This document shows, piece by piece, positions 63,835 through 64,000 of a stretch of 64,000 bases of DNA; position 1 is the stretch's first letter; each line of letters begins with the position of its first letter. The position numbers were made by a program, and so were the translations under genes. This stretch comes from Planctomycetota bacterium (GTDB lineage Bacteria; Planctomycetota; UBA1135; GCA-002686595): contig JAWKUI010000009.1 in the NCBI GenBank assembly GCA_041398705.1, positions 111,372 through 175,371 of the forward strand. Reading direction: 5' to 3'. The notes below the pieces were generated by a model. It worked only from the letters and a program-made list of their open reading frames with translations. It searched no databases and was not told where the DNA came from.

Positions 63835-63867
63835 AGAAGTGGGGTCGTCCCCACTTCTTTGCATGTT
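63835..63867 (+). terminator. leader hairpin (terminator/attenuator-like) upstream of nusA
   Basis: agaagtgggg-tcgt-ccccacttct, a 10-bp perfect stem, followed by ttgcatgtt, about 60 nt upstream of the nusA start. Confidence 0.35.
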
Positions 63868-63926
63868 AAGCCAGCTCACATCCCACGTCCAAGCGCGAAT
63901 CCGCCCCATTCCAACGAGCCACGACC

Positions 63927-64000
63927 ATGAACGGCGAAGAAGTCCTGAGGATGATCGACTTCGTCCACGCGAACAAAGATATCCCGCGAGAGGACGTCTT
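63927..64000 (+). CDS. nusA: transcription termination/antitermination factor NusA, first 24 codons only
   Basis: 'MNGEEVLRMIDFVHANKDIPREDV' matches the characteristic NusA N-terminus (M-N-x-E-hh-x-hh-D-x-h-x-x-E-K-x-h-P-R-E-x-h). The gene is truncated by the window edge. Confidence 0.5.
   Translation, partial: MNGEEVLRMIDFVHANKDIPREDV

Overview
High-GC bacterial chromosomal segment, roughly two-thirds G+C by eye with strong G/C third-position bias. The organism is diderm: the window has a beta-barrel porin, an AsmA-like protein and several lipobox lipoproteins. I could support about 48 protein-coding genes and several rho-independent terminators. I saw no rRNA, tRNA, CRISPR array, transposase, integrase or phage genes. 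Long ORFs antisense to real genes are abundant, as expected at this GC content, and were discarded. Housekeeping and metabolic content: ggt, an acyl-CoA ligase / membrane glycosyltransferase-like / methyltransferase operon, glyQS, futalosine-pathway menaquinone genes (mqnC-mqnE, and mqnA about 9 kb away), an RluA-type pseudouridine synthase, an rRNA methyltransferase, an M1 aminopeptidase, a CtlX-like amidinotransferase, a Lon-like protease, ppsA, a sigma-54 activator and the first codons of nusA. Items worth a second look: (1) a TlpA-like thiol:disulfide oxidoreductase whose WCGPC motif reads W-UGA-GPC, with a SECIS-like hairpin just downstream, so a candidate selenoprotein; (2) two copies of a ~125-bp near-perfect palindrome, AT-richer than its surroundings, each starting 2-4 nt after a stop codon and together bracketing one ORF; (3) a secreted 583-aa protein with ~46 Cys built from a 366-bp tandem super-repeat, downstream of a CopD-like membrane protein and an FG-GAP protein; (4) a complete archaeal-type topoisomerase VI (top6B-top6A) with Lys/Ala-rich tails; (5) a tight operon of TusA-like, DsrE-like and TusA-OsmC proteins ending in a MetE-family Zn thiol-methyltransferase; (6) two translationally coupled RlaP-family nucleotidyltransferases with no visible partner; (7) a sensor-less sigma-54 activator with an apparently degenerate Walker B; (8) a secreted nine-heme c-type cytochrome. 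All family calls come from reading motifs by eye. No database search was run.
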